The notes: generated by a model not told the origin, from the sequence alone. DNA of 55,116 nt, filler included, from Catajapyx aquilonaris (GCA_000934665.2; 4 parts of 4 records of this genome joined end to end with filler, not necessarily neighbours in it), one strand, 5' to 3'. Shown: positions 21,136 to 39,955, counted from the first letter of the whole stretch. Numbers and translations are program-made.

Positions 21136-23787
21136 CTTTCTTCCAGTCAGTATTTCGCATACGGCCTCATGGTCCCAGATGGTGGCCAGGTCCAGAGGAG
21201 TCTTGTTCTTTCCATCCTTTGCGTTTGGGTCAGCTCCCTTCTGAATCAGGCTTCTCACCAGTGGAGCATGGCCATTGACCACAGCCCAGTGAAGGGGAGT
21301 CCGGCCCAGAACTCCTCTGCGCTCCAGCCTGGATCCTCGGCTCAGAAGGAACTCCACGACTTGCAAGTGGCCTTCACTCGATGCCAGATGAATAGGCTCG
21401 TCGCCTGTTGCATCCTTCGCACTGATCTTTGCCCCTCTGTCGACCAGTAGACTACAGGTCGACAGGTGACCTCGTTCAGATGCCAAGTGCAGAGGTGTCC
21501 GTCCCCATGTGCCACACTCGTCAACTCTCCAAGCTTCCTCCAGAAGATCTTCCACAACTTCGTCATGACCATGACCAGCTGCTATGTGAATTGCACTGTT
21601 CCCGTTCATATCCTCCAAGTCTCTTAGTTCCTCTTTGCTTCTCTGGTGAAGCAGCTTCATTACCACTTGAACATCACAAGTTCTGCATGCTTTCAAAAAT
21701 GGGTCCATATCCTCCTCCTGAAAGCGGTAAAAAGTTAGACCGAAACAATGAAATAGAGTAACTGCAGCATGAACGTCCTAGTTCCAACCTGAGGTTCTTC
21801 ATGACGTTTCGCCTCAATGTTTAATGTGGAACTTGCTGGTCTTTTGTCGTCCAGAAGTCCTCCCTGCGGCTCAAAACAAGTGCTCATTAGTTCATTCAAA
21901 ACTAATAAGTCACACAGAAATTACGCCCTACATGGCATGCATTATACCCATTTAGGATGTATCGAGTAAACATACAGGATATGTACACTACGAAATAAAT
22001 AGCCAGTTACTCGGTAACTAGGCTGCAGAGATCTATGCTACCCCTATTAATAGTTACATACAAATAAAGGGAAATAAGTACCTTCAAAAGCTTGACTACT
22101 TCATCATGTCCCTTCTCCACTGCGAGGTCACACGGTGTCTTCCCTTGGTTGTCTTTGGCCGACTTGTCTGCTCCCTTGGACAAAAGGAAGCGAACCAGTG
22201 CCAGATGGTTGTACTGTGCTGCACAGTGGAGTGGGGTCCGATTCTTCCATCCCTTGTCCTCCACCCCTGCACCTTTCTCCAGTAGTAACTCAACAATACG
22301 GACGTGGCCTTCTGACGAAGCCATATGGATCGGTTGATTCCCACCCTGTTTCTTTCCCTTTACCCAAGCCCCTGCCTGGATCATGACCTGGCAAGTGGCC
22401 AGGTATCCTCTATGTGCTGCAATGTGGAGCGGTGTGTTGCCCCATCTGTCTCCAACGTTGACAGGGCATCCTCGTGCTAACAGGAAGGCAACCACATCTT
22501 GTCTTCCGGCCTTAGCAGCTAGATGAAGTCCGGTCTGTCTAGCCCAATCCGTCACTTCCACCCCGACTAGTTGTTCCTCTACCATTCTCTTCACCTCTTC
22601 CAGTCTACCACCCTCGCAAGCGTCCAGAAACTTTGGCCCAATCTGCACAGGAACGAGAAGACCGAACGGTAATTGTGTTATACTAGTAAAATTGCATAGC
22701 GAAATTAACGATTTGCCAACCTCGGTTTGACTCTTCTGCGTAGTCCTGCCATGTTGAGCGTCTTTGAATATCCTGTAAGCAAAAACGCAAACGTACATAC
22801 ACGTGCTGTACAATTAATTAATTAAATTGAACATTATTACCTGTCTGGAGACAGTAAATCGCTCTCTATGCTCGGGTACTCGGGGTACTTCATAAAATTG
22901 GTGTCTGGTTTACAAGGTTCCACATTAGGTAACAAAAATTCATTTTCTGTCCATTGCTTATCAAGAATGTAAGACATATGCTCCTTTGTCTCCAGAATGT
23001 CCGGATGGTCCACTCTCAAGAGCTTCTCCTGAACTTTCAATATCATTTTGACAGTTTCTAGTGCTTCGTCCCACTTCCCTTGCTCTAATAGCATGTAAAG
23101 TATGTTCCTCATTGTCACTAGAGTGTCCGGATGGTCAGGTCCCAATATTTCTTGCTGTTTTGCCAACACACTTCCGTAAGCCTTCAAAGCATTCCCGGGA
23201 CAGTGCAGACGTCTTGATAACAAAACAATATTATGCTTTACAATGAGAGTGTCCGGATGGTCAGGCCCCAACGTCCGCTCATGTTTCTCTAAAATGTCCG
23301 CATAAACATCCATCGCCTCATTGTTTTTATGTTGGATCATAAGTATCAGAGCAATGTCACGCCTTGTCCGCAGAGTGTCGGCATGTGATTGCCCCAAGAT
23401 CCGTTCCTGCTTTTCTAGCACACTCTTGCATAGCTCCATCCCTTCCTCAAGTCCATCTTGCTTTAGAAGTGTCACAGCAACATCATGCATTGCCCTTATG
23501 GTGTCCGGATGGTCGGGCCCTAATGATTCTTCCCGCTCTTGCAACACCGTCTTGTGTCGTACCAATTCTTGATCGAGTTGGGCAGTGCTTTCCTCTTTCC
23601 CAAACGACTCCCACCTTTTAAAAATTCCTTCAGGAATGACCTTCCTAATGTGCAGCGGAGTCATCGAACTGCTCCCGGCCACGTCCCCTTTGTCAGCTCT
23701 ATTGCTCAGAGAACCATAGTCCTTTACGGCGACTTCTGCAAGTGCCTCAACTGACAGCTCCTTCTCCAGGCCAGACATTTCCACCGC
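21136..23787 (-). CDS. TPR-ankyrin protein (exons 23787-22841 TPR, 22772-22721, 22642-22082 ANK, 21863-21789, 21717-21136 ANK); may continue into downstream ANK exons
   Basis: LGPDHPDT-type (kinesin light chain/NPHP3-like) TPR repeats; two ANK blocks; all four GT-AG junctions preserve frame. Confidence 0.82.
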
Positions 23788-24398
23788 CTAGACACATAAA
23801 AGGCAAAATGTGAAGTCCTAATGTGGCTTACAATCACGATACAATACAATAATTTTTCGTCCAACTCACCGACTTTAGAAAGTTACGGATTTTCTCAACT
23901 TATCTCAACAATCGTTGTTATTCTCGATCACACAGTTTATGACCTAAAGCACTGAATCCAAATATCAAAAGTATGTGCTGTGCTACATACTGGCTGTCGT
24001 TACACCACAGTGAGTTCACCAAGAGAAGGCTGATATCACATTCCTTATCAGACTAGTGCTGTGAATAAGGCAACATCCTTAATATGTTTCTCTTAAAAAA
24101 AAAAACATTGCCAACTGAATCTGTAGCGGTATTTTTCTATTTATGTTACCAGTTTGTTTCGGCAAGTAAAATTAGCATTCCTGTGGCATTATGCAAATGC
24201 TCGATCTGAATCTTTGTACATGATCCGACCTTACCTCAAAGTGTGGTTTGCGATAATGATAAGACGAGGTAGGGCTTTGCTATCTCATTATATTTAGCCT
24301 TGCACAAGTCCCGCGCCATCTATGTTTCTCCCGCAATGTCATTCTTGGATGGACAATCCGCATACTAAGGTGCTCCCAGGTCTTCACCTCCAAACGCA

Positions 24399-25518
24399 AT
24401 GACGAACATCCTCCACACAGCTGTGAAAGCAGGAAATTTGAATACAGTGAAAGTTGTCCTGAACTTGAATGAAGAGGATGTGAACTCACGTGATAACGAA
24501 GGAAACACTCCTCTGATTGTGGCCTCTGGCTTGGGAAACCTGGCCATATGCAATTACCTCTTGGAAAATGGCGCCTCGGCCAGGGCTGTCAACCACGCCG
24601 GGAAGAATGCGCTGCACGAAGCGGCTCAGGGCGGGTTCGTGAAGCTATGCACGACTCTGGTGAACGCAGGTTGCCACGTGAATGCATGTACTGACAGTAG
24701 CGAGACACCATTGCACTTTGCGGCCAGATGTGGTAAGCTGGAATCTGTGAAGGAGCTGCTCCGTTTGGGTGCTAATTTGGAAGCAGTGAATTCAAATGGG
24801 CACACCCCGCTGATGTTGGCCCTTGAAAACGAGAAAGATACTGTTGCACACTTTCTTGCCAGGCACATGTCGATCACAGAACATGTCAGGTACAAGACCA
24901 AGTTCTCACTCGTTTTATTGTGTTGCGGAAAAAAAATACTGTCAGATTGAATTTTCAGTGCTCCGGTACAACATGCGGGAGCCAGTCCAAGAGTCCAAAC
25001 TTCACCACAAGCTGGTCAAGCTGCGGAACAAAATTCAGTACCTGAGGTAAACCATACTCAAAGCTGCAGTATTATTCATCCACAATCGCGTAACAGCTTT
25101 CCTACGAATTATCTTTGCATGGTTTCAGCCCCCACCATCGGATGCTCAGAAGTTACTGCTCACCTCCGCCAGAAAAGGTGTGAGAAGCGACGTTAGCAAG
25201 GCCCTGAGAGATGGGGCGGAGGTCAACTTCCGTTATGAAGACCAAAGCACTGCACTGCATGTTGCAGCTAAACACGGACGCAAAGAAATAGTGGAGCTAC
25301 TACTTGAGGAAGACGCCAATCCTCGCCTGAAGGATAAGAATGAATACACGGCATTGCATCTCGCCGTTTTGAAGAATCACTTGGATGTAGTCAAGATCCT
25401 CGTTGGTCACGATCCGTCACTCATCCACATTAAAAATGGCCAGGGAAAGACAGCGTATGACCTAGCTGTTATAGATAAGGATTCCGATATTGAAAAATAT
25501 TTGAGAGAGATACGGTGA
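24399..25518 (+). CDS. Ankyrin-repeat protein (exons 24399-24889, 24959-25046, 25129-25518)
   Basis: Two ANK blocks joined by a low-complexity linker exon; GT-AG junctions in frame; exon 1 paralogous to 16378-16871. Confidence 0.85.
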
Positions 25519-25758
25519 AGTCAATGCTCAATGCAACAATGATGGTCTTACGATTCATATGATTTCAAACGGTTACATCCCTCGGATTCCATAACAACTG
25601 GCGACTATCCCTCGTTTACTCTTAAACGAAGCTGTATTGAATACTCGCAATAAAGTCCAAAATTCAAAATTGGGCGTCACTCAGCACATTCAATATTGGT
25701 TCGAAATGTCTGAAACACTTCATTACAAATCAAAAATAGGTTCAGTCGTCAAAGTGCT

Positions 25759-26917
25759 TCAACATATCCTTATCGTAACTATCCAGTCACCTGTGTCGCA
25801 TGTACTTAGAGGGTCTGCAGTCTCTTCGCCGATGTCTGGTGCTGGTATCAGCATTTCTTCATCTACATGATCATCCGCCTCGCTTAATCCCTCAATACCG
25901 GAGCTGAATACATCCTCGGTCTTGATCTGAAACTGGCGAAATTCTACCGGACTCTCGTCTTGCTCCTCTTTTATCACAGCCGCGTTTTCTGTACGGAAAG
26001 TAAAACAGAATTAAGCAAACTGCGATCCAAACTGAATTTTTGCCTCCACCGTACCTTCTAAGTAGGTTGCATGCGGCTCAACTTCTTTCTCTAGCTTCCT
26101 CTCTGTGGTGCGACGGACACATTCTAGCCTCTGTTCTAGGTTCGTTGCAGCTCGTCGTGCCTTCTGCAAGTCTGCGGTTCTACACACACGTTCCTGCTTC
26201 TGCTCCGGCGTTTCTTTAGCGTGCCTTTCTTGCTGTGTTTTCTCCAACTGCTCTTGGCGCTGCTCTCGATACTGTCTCATTCGTAGTGCGGCAGAACGAT
26301 GACCGGCTTCTATACTTGCCATGATGGAACTTTGGGTATCCTCCGAGCCGTCATTCTCCTTCAAATAAAAACATGTGAGCATGTGATGACACTGCAGCAA
26401 TGCAAGCTCACCATTGAGCAGAATGACTTGTCGATCCCATATACTGACGGCAGACGTTCAGCATCAGGCCTCTGCAATAATAAAGATCTCGTTACGAACA
26501 TGCATTTACATGACTTTGCACTGTGGTCGAACCGTAAGTGTTTCATTGTTCGTCGGCCTTGGTTGAATGGGCTTCTTTTGAACAGGCTTCTTTTGAACCT
26601 GGGACGGAAAGTTGAATATCGTAGGCACGCTCCCTGGTTGCAGGTACACTCGACCGTTGTTGTAGCTGAAACACTTGTTGGGGTCAAAGTGGGCCGAGCA
26701 CAGCACGCTCCACTTCGTAGGCTGCCAATGGGCACGGTTAATGGCCACCACCCATTTCTCCCTCAGCACTTGATCAAGCGGAAACCTACACAAATCAAAC
26801 CATTATTACGGCCCACATGTAAAATTACTTGTTCACGTGGTTCACGTACCTGTGAAACGTCAACTGCCCCTTTACATAGCGGCTCTTGCAGTTAATCGCA
26901 GCGCACGAATTCGGCAT
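25759..26917 (-). CDS. THAP-domain protein, ~5 exons
   Basis: MPNSCAAINC..FHR|FPLD..W..AI..W..VLCSAHF..SVPTIF (C2CH THAP); intron 26786-26849; coiled-coil and acidic exons follow. Confidence 0.88.
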
Positions 26918-27423
26918 GGCCGGCCAACTCTGGCACTTGCTGTGCGATCCTCAGGCTGTCGGATGCGGACACAGCACCTAGAATGTACAAATATTAATGA
27001 GCCCGTACGCACATTAATTGCCGGGCATGGCATGCTGCTTCGCTGGTGATGATGACGACTACAATGACGAGCAGGATAAATAAGTAAATAAATACATAAG
27101 TAAATACATAAATAACACGCTTACATAAGTAAACAACTAAAAAGTGAATCAGTGACCTTGCCCATACAAGCCAACCTCTGAAAAGCAGTGGGGTCTTGCC
27201 CTTTGACCTCACCGTCAACTCTGAAAGTTCAGACGACGACGCTCACGATGGGCATGTCCTCGACGCCCACGACGCTCTCAGAACCACGTGAAATCAATCC
27301 GTCGGCGTCTGGCGACAATAAAAGTCCGTTAAAGCCGCCATCTTGAAAAAATTGACAAGTCGCATTCGGTTGGCCGCGCAAGAAACCGATGGAAAATGGG
27401 GCAGCCGCACGAACACGCCCTTA

Positions 27424-27517
27424 TCTAATACATATTTTAAGACCTATATCTGTCTGTCTGTCTGTGACCTAAACAGATCCATACGGAGGCCTCCACATAT
27501 GCCCCAGGGGTATCACC
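27424..27517 (+). mobile_element. Possible Helitron-type 5' end, cut by contig end
   Basis: A|TCTAATAC start followed by (TGTC)n microsatellite, as in arthropod non-autonomous Helitrons. Confidence 0.4.
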
Positions 27518-27617
27518 NNNNNNNNNNNNNNNNNNNNNNNNNNNNNNNNNNNNNNNNNNNNTTAATTAATTAANNNNNNNNNNNNNNNNNNNNNNNNNNN
27601 NNNNNNNNNNNNNNNNN
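27518..27617. other. Artificial contig-joining spacer
   Basis: N44-TTAATTAATTAA-N44. Confidence 0.99.
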
Positions 27618-28400
27618 TCGGGTGCGGTTTGGTACGTATGTCGATTGATGCTGCTCGATGACTAGCTTCAGAAATGGAGTTAGCTCTTCCACGCCCTTCA
27701 CATTGCTCGGAAAGAAGCGTGAAACCCACGGCATGAAGTTCTTCGAGCAGATTGGATTGTCACGGACACTCCTGTCGACAAGATTGTGTACTCGGGATGT
27801 AAGGACGTGGGACAGCTGCACTTACGTTATGTATTTCACCAATGGGAGTATGGCGTCATGCTCCATTCGTTCGCCTGCAACCACAGCCCACAGAGTGTTG
27901 AGTACGGCTGCGTTGAAAATCTGGCTGAGATCCACTGGGTTCGGGACAGCTTTGATCTTCTCCACCAGTTCCTTCGCCTCTCTTTCCGCTGACCCATGCA
28001 AGTTACGCAGCAAGAACTCGCGTTGCTCGTGGCCGTTGCCTAAAAGAATCCGGCGGACTCCTTCGTTTTGGAAGTGCGGACGTCCGGAGAAGATGTCGTC
28101 GTGCAGGGCTTTCCTGATGGATTTCTCGCTGTTGAGCACGACGCAATGGTACGACCCTATGGTCACACCCAGCACCTCCCCGTACTTCCTGGACAGTTGG
28201 GCCAGCTTCTTGGCAGGGTTGGATGTCAGGAAGGGCATGAACCCAACCACGGGCAGACCCCATGGTCCGGGAGGGAACTTGTGCGGCGCGTCCTTCACCA
28301 CTTTCCACAGCAGCAGCACGAACAAGAAGACGAGGATCGTTGCGAGCCACATGACGGCAGACAGCCAAAAGGGGGGGTCAAGGAGTTTGCAGGTTCCCAT
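27618..28400 (-). CDS. Cytochrome P450, CYP2-clan-like, 5' part (truncated by contig end)
   Basis: N-terminal TM anchor, FPPGPWGLPVVG, KYG, VVLN, FSGRP; 54-nt intron 27772-27825 (GTAAGT..CAG) removes the apparent stop. Confidence 0.88.
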
Positions 28401-29312
28401 AAGATTAATACGTCATATCAGATCGACACAGATAAGAATGCCGGCATCGAACTTGAGAGCAGCATATCAACCTTGCTTATCGATCCAGACGTATTGAAAT
28501 AATGACTTGTCTTTACCGTGTGCATGCGGTTTATTTTGAGCTAAACAGGTTTATGTACAGCAACGATAAAAAACATTAATAATAATCCTCTTGTAGGTCA
28601 CTCATCTGTGCTTCTCAATAGCTTGTATTATGAACAGAGCAAATTTATTGGCATTGCGCTTTCTTGTCTTCATCAGCCGCAGCCATTGGAATAAACGTGC
28701 GACTCACCCACAACTGGACAACTCTAAACAACTGTCAACAGCAGCAGTGTCCTCTAAATGGCGTTGGTGAAGGGTTTTTCCCATGAATCTGTGTTTGGGT
28801 GCTTCTACACCTGCTGCACTCACCCGGCTTGGCCCCCAGTTACCTTCACCTGTTCAGATCCATGGAAGAAACTCCTTCGCTGATACAATTTCGAGGACAT
28901 TGTTGACCGTAAGCAGTTGTCCGGGATGGAGTGTGCCGAACCTCCAAAAAATGGTCCCACGACTCAGAATGTGTATTGGGCTCCTGGATGATTCTGTGGA
29001 TAATGTGGGCCTATTATTAGCTGACCTTATTGGGCCCCTGCATTTGTGGCTATAAATTGTCAATCATTTTTAGTACGGGCTTCGTAGAATAGAGAAATAC
29101 AATCACAGTGTTGTTGTGCTTGATCACTCGCATTGGCATCGAATTGAATTAATTACATTCCCATTACTTCAAAAGACACTACCTCACTATAATATGCATA
29201 AACCTGATAATTATAACAATGAATGGTGCATCAGGGAAGAAGGGTGCTTGGTGGGTGTGGAAGGGTGGCACATCATGTTGTGCAAATAAGAGTCATTCCT
29301 TGGTCTTTTTTT

Positions 29313-35494
<6,182 letters not shown>

Positions 35495-37086
35495 CTCGGA
35501 GGATGCTGCACTCGACTCAATCAGACGACTCGTTTCTCCTCAATCCTGTGGGGCGTACTGCTTAAATAGTGACATTGGTGACCACAGATAAAACATTTGT
35601 GGTCAGAGGGCGAGACTTCCTTAAGAACATAGATCACGTGTGCTATGGTTAGGAAATTTCATGCTCTTTGAGCTTCCCTTTCTCACATTATGAGTATTGG
35701 CGTGGTTGGCTGGATGTGTCGTGGGTCATATGATGGGGGCGTTCGATTTATTTTTATGCCGAGATAAACTATGATGGCCTTCATCAAAGTCAGGAGATAT
35801 AAGCAGCGATGAGGAGGAAAGGGGGAAAGTGGTAACTTTCTCCAGACTACCAAAAATGAATCCTGAAGTACACAGTACCCTGCATTAATTGCTATGCACA
35901 GACATCCCCACCACCTGGCGGAAATAAGAGGCGGCGCACAGTGCTCCAGAATATTTAAATAGCCGGACTTAAATAGATGTAAACTTTGTAATGAAATGCC
36001 ATTATTTGGTCCAATATATACTTAGATAATGTCTTCATCCTGTATAGTACATAATTTGACCCATATGTAGGCCTATTCACAGAGGTGTGTGCAGCTTCCC
36101 CAAAACCGATGGAAATATTGCTTCAATTATAAATAGTATATTTTCCGCCCACATTGGAACGCTCATCATCAATTATGTGAGGAATAAATATCAGATACTG
36201 TCATACCATATGAAGTCGCATAATATATCAATTGGTGCACAATGGGGATCAAATCACTTGCATTACTTTTACATTTAGTATCTCAGACCAAGGCCACGCG
36301 CAATGATGTCCTTAGGTGTCATTTTACAAATGAATTGAGTGCTCTACGAAGAGGAGAACACCACAGAACAGTACAAAAACAAATTTAGGCACAAAATGTG
36401 CAAGGAGAGTATCCGAAAGAGGGACAAGTCAAGTCTGGTACCAGCGACTACCATACCAGCCCTTCCTTCTAGGGGGCATGAATAAGACTACGCGTGCGCC
36501 CATCTTCATGAATGCATCTTCATTGGAACTATGACGAGAAAGGGTCCACATGCGGGCCCAGACTAATAATATTCATTACTCATTTTTTTCGTTATGATTA
36601 CACAAGTTAATTTGTAACAAGTTCAGTCAAGTGCGCATGCGCGAAACGGATCATATGGCCTCAAAGTGAGCAGTTTTGTACTTTTGTAGGGGACAGTAGG
36701 AGCTCTTCGCAGATTGTGGGGCTGGTCCATCAAATTAGTCTTCCAATATGTAAATGCTACATGCTATAAAGTTTGTAATTAAATGACGACGATGATGATG
36801 ATGGTCTTGATGACGTGTTGGCGGGTGCGTCCAAAATACTCAGACAGTTCAAGATATCGCGGTGGATTCAAACTCTGGCTACAATGATGCGGATCATAGA
36901 ATATATCTGTGGGATGGATTATTAGTCCATTGCGATTCATATCAATTCACTGAGGTTGTGAACCAAGTTATTACACGGACTACGTGTGTTGTTATTTCAT
37001 GTTGAATGTGCGGCTGGATAGGGGACTTTGTGGAGTGCATGATTGTTACAAACAGTACATCACTATTCTTTCATCATTTCGCTTTT

Positions 37087-39074
37087 GGGTCATTCCATGT
37101 CAATTCACCGAGTCCTCTGACCCTTGGGTGGTCAAATCATGACGAATATCGGCGCGTCGCTTTAATTACGTCTTACAAAAATACCAATTGCGCGGTTTTG
37201 CGATTTACCCCCCTTCCCGGAGATAGGCACACCTAAAAAAACGGTCTTTTCGGAAGGTGGGGATTCAAAACTCGGTCACATCTCGTCACCCAATTGAACT
37301 ACAGACGTCGTCGACCACTGCATTTGAAGTGATTCGAGAGCCCAATCTCACTAACCATTAAAAATCCGCATTTTCACTGTTTTGACAATTTTGTCACATT
37401 TTCAAAATTTCAATATTTTTTCTGAAAAATTCCTCCCAATTTAAAAACCCGATTTTTATTGCATCATGTTATAGCTCAGACCCTTTCCTTGACATAGAAA
37501 AATATCCAAATAGGAGTTTTTTGATTTAGTGAAAATAATTGCATTTGAAGAAGCGCGCATGCGTGTCCATCAAATTACACCAGGCGCCAAATCTCATGTC
37601 GTTCATGTTGGAAGCAGAATTGGAAACAAGTTGCTAGCAAGCCTTCTTATTAGACTAATTATTAGACCACGCTGATTTCGAAAATCGAGGTTAGAACTAG
37701 GGATTTTGGGTCCTTCTGACCCAAAAACAAGATGGCGTCCAAGGTTACGGCAATATTCCAAAAATTACAAGGTAGTCGCGAATTTTTGCCCTAAATGTGG
37801 CAAGTGAGGTGTCGTTTTGTGGGTTTTATGGGTCGCTAAGGTCAACCACGAGTGACCCGAGGTCATACGACGTCACAGGAAGTAGAAAATTTGAAGTGAC
37901 AGGTAGTGTTACTGACTTGAAAAATCTCGTTCATTATACACACAGATAAAATCTCGGAATACGTTATCTGGCAGTAACATATTACATTATGACAAACATG
38001 AAGTGCTAGGAAATGCATCCGCAATAACTATCTATGAGTAATGTAACCCAAATACAAAATGCTCGCAGCAGTCACAGGTACTACCAAAGATATACAGGCA
38101 CACATTGCTTGACTTGGCGGTAAGCACTGAACCCGACACTGAACCCAGTCTGATGGTTAGCATCAAATACTGATGTATTTGTCATAATGTAACTTCATAT
38201 AGCCGTCAATACGTATTCCGTGACTTTTATCTGTGTGTATAATGAACGACATTTTTGAAGTCCGTAACACTACCTGTCGCTTCAAATTTTCTACTTCCCG
38301 TGAAGTCGTATGACCTCGGGTCACTCGTGGTTGACCTTAGCGACCCATAAAACCCACAAAACGACACCTCACTTGCCACATTTAAGGCAAGAATTCGCAA
38401 CTACCTTGTAATTTTTGTAATTTTGCCGTAACTTGGACGCCATCTTGTTTTTGGGTCAGAAGGACCCAAAACCCCAGTTCCAACCTCGATTTTATCAGCG
38501 TGGTCGAATTAGTCTAAGAAGACTTGCTAGCAACTTGTTTCCAATTCTGCTTCCAACATGAACGACATGAGATTTGGCGCCTGGTGTAATTTGATGGACA
38601 CGCATGTTCTTCTTCAAATGCAATTATTTTCCATAAATCAAACAACTCCTATTTGGATTGTTTTCTATGTCAAGGAAAGGGTCTGAGCTATAACATGATG
38701 TAATAAAAATCGGGTTTTTAATTTGGGAGTAATTTTTCAAAAAAAAAAACATTGAAATTTTGAAAATATGACAAAATTGTCAAAAAAGTGAAAATGCGAA
38801 TATTGAATGGTTAACTAGATTGGGCTCTCGAATCCATTCAAATACAGTGGTCGACTACGTCTGTATCTCAATTGGTTCACGAGATATGACCGAGTTCTGA
38901 AACCCTATATCTTCCCAAAAAGGCCGTTTTTTTCGGTGGGCCTATCTCCGGGGAAGGGGGGTAAATCGCAAAACCGCTCAATTGGTATTTTTATAAGACG
39001 TAATTAAAGCGACGCGCCGATTTTCGTCATTCTCTGACAACCCAATGGTCAATTGAATTGACATGGAATGACCC
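37087..39074. mobile_element. Fold-back DNA transposon derivative with ~900-bp TIRs
   Basis: Ends GGGTCATTCCATGTCAATTCA ... TGAATTGACATGGAATGACCC; arms ~37087-38000 / ~38175-39074; TTTT on both flanks. Confidence 0.9.
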
Positions 39075-39254
39075 TTTTCAATAATTCAGAAGTTATCTAC
39101 AAGGAAGGGGTAGGATATGCTGAGATGGTCAAGAAATGTCATCCATTGCCAATCATTATAGTCAGAGTCATACGGGTGTGTCTCGAATGACAGTTGTCGC
39201 CCATATACCCAATTTTTTGCACCACTCTATATATGACTTGCTTCGTCTTACTAC

Positions 39255-39690
39255 AGTTTATCCATAAGCTCGGCGAAACCACAAATTTCAGCGACTGCCA
39301 TTGGGCGAAAATGGAATTCGGCAAATGCACTTTTCAGCGGACAGGAACTCGGATTTTTGGCTAAATTCTGATTCGGCGATAGAATTCGCTGAAGACGCTT
39401 TTCGACTATAGATGGAGATTCATAAGCGATTGGAGTGATGGGTCGTATAGAATAAGTGCAGCATTAATAAAAGAAACAATATTGCAGATAACGCGACGAG
39501 CATGATTCGAGTCGACTTTTTCCGACTTTTTCTCATTGGGCTGCGGGGAAATGAAACTGACAACACGATACAACACGATAACAGTTTACAGCAAATGATT
39601 CTGCCGAATTCACCGAATTTAATTTTCGGCCAATGGCAATCTCCGAATCGTAATCCGCCGATTTTTATTTCGCCGAGTTTATCGGGAACC
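39255..39690. mobile_element. MITE with internally repetitive TIRs
   Basis: Recurrent TTCGGC(G)/GCCGAA subrepeats at ~15-nt spacing in opposite orientation at the two ends. Confidence 0.55.
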
Positions 39691-39854
39691 CGTTGGACTT
39701 TTAAGGCAACATTGTGACACTGCTGAACAATACAATGCTGATGCTGGTCTTGCACACGTAATTTAATTGTCTGGAATTTTTCCTAGTAAAAACGCTGTCA
39801 GGTGAGGTGTACAATATTAAATTATTTTTATTCAGTTCGACATGGGACATTGCC

Positions 39855-39955
39855 TATAACCTCCTGACGCCCAGCGTACAGCCCTCTAGCCATTGGGTTT
39901 TAAAATTTTTGAAAAAATATTTTTTTAAAAAAAAATCTGGGCTTCAGGAGGTTAA
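39855..39955. mobile_element. Small piggyBac-like MITE
   Basis: TAACCTCCTGACGCCC ... GGGCTTCAGGAGGTTAA; related end at 54650-54688. Confidence 0.5.

Noticed and set aside
22814..22825. TTAATTAATTAA identical to the spacer core
   Set aside because: No flanking Ns; lies in an AT-rich 68-nt intron whose flanking exons join in frame, so coincidental
16353..25518. Endosymbiont (Wolbachia/Cardinium) ANK-TPR genes or bacterial contamination
   Set aside because: Spliceosomal GT-AG introns, an inserted host SINE and a linked THAP gene show a nuclear locus; ancient HGT cannot be judged here
27822..27824. In-frame stop suggesting a P450 pseudogene
   Set aside because: The TAA is within the GTAAGT donor of a 54-nt intron
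27658..28497. 279-aa plus-strand ORF
   Set aside because: Antisense shadow of the GC-rich P450 exon; likewise for plus-strand ORFs over gag, pol and ANK exons
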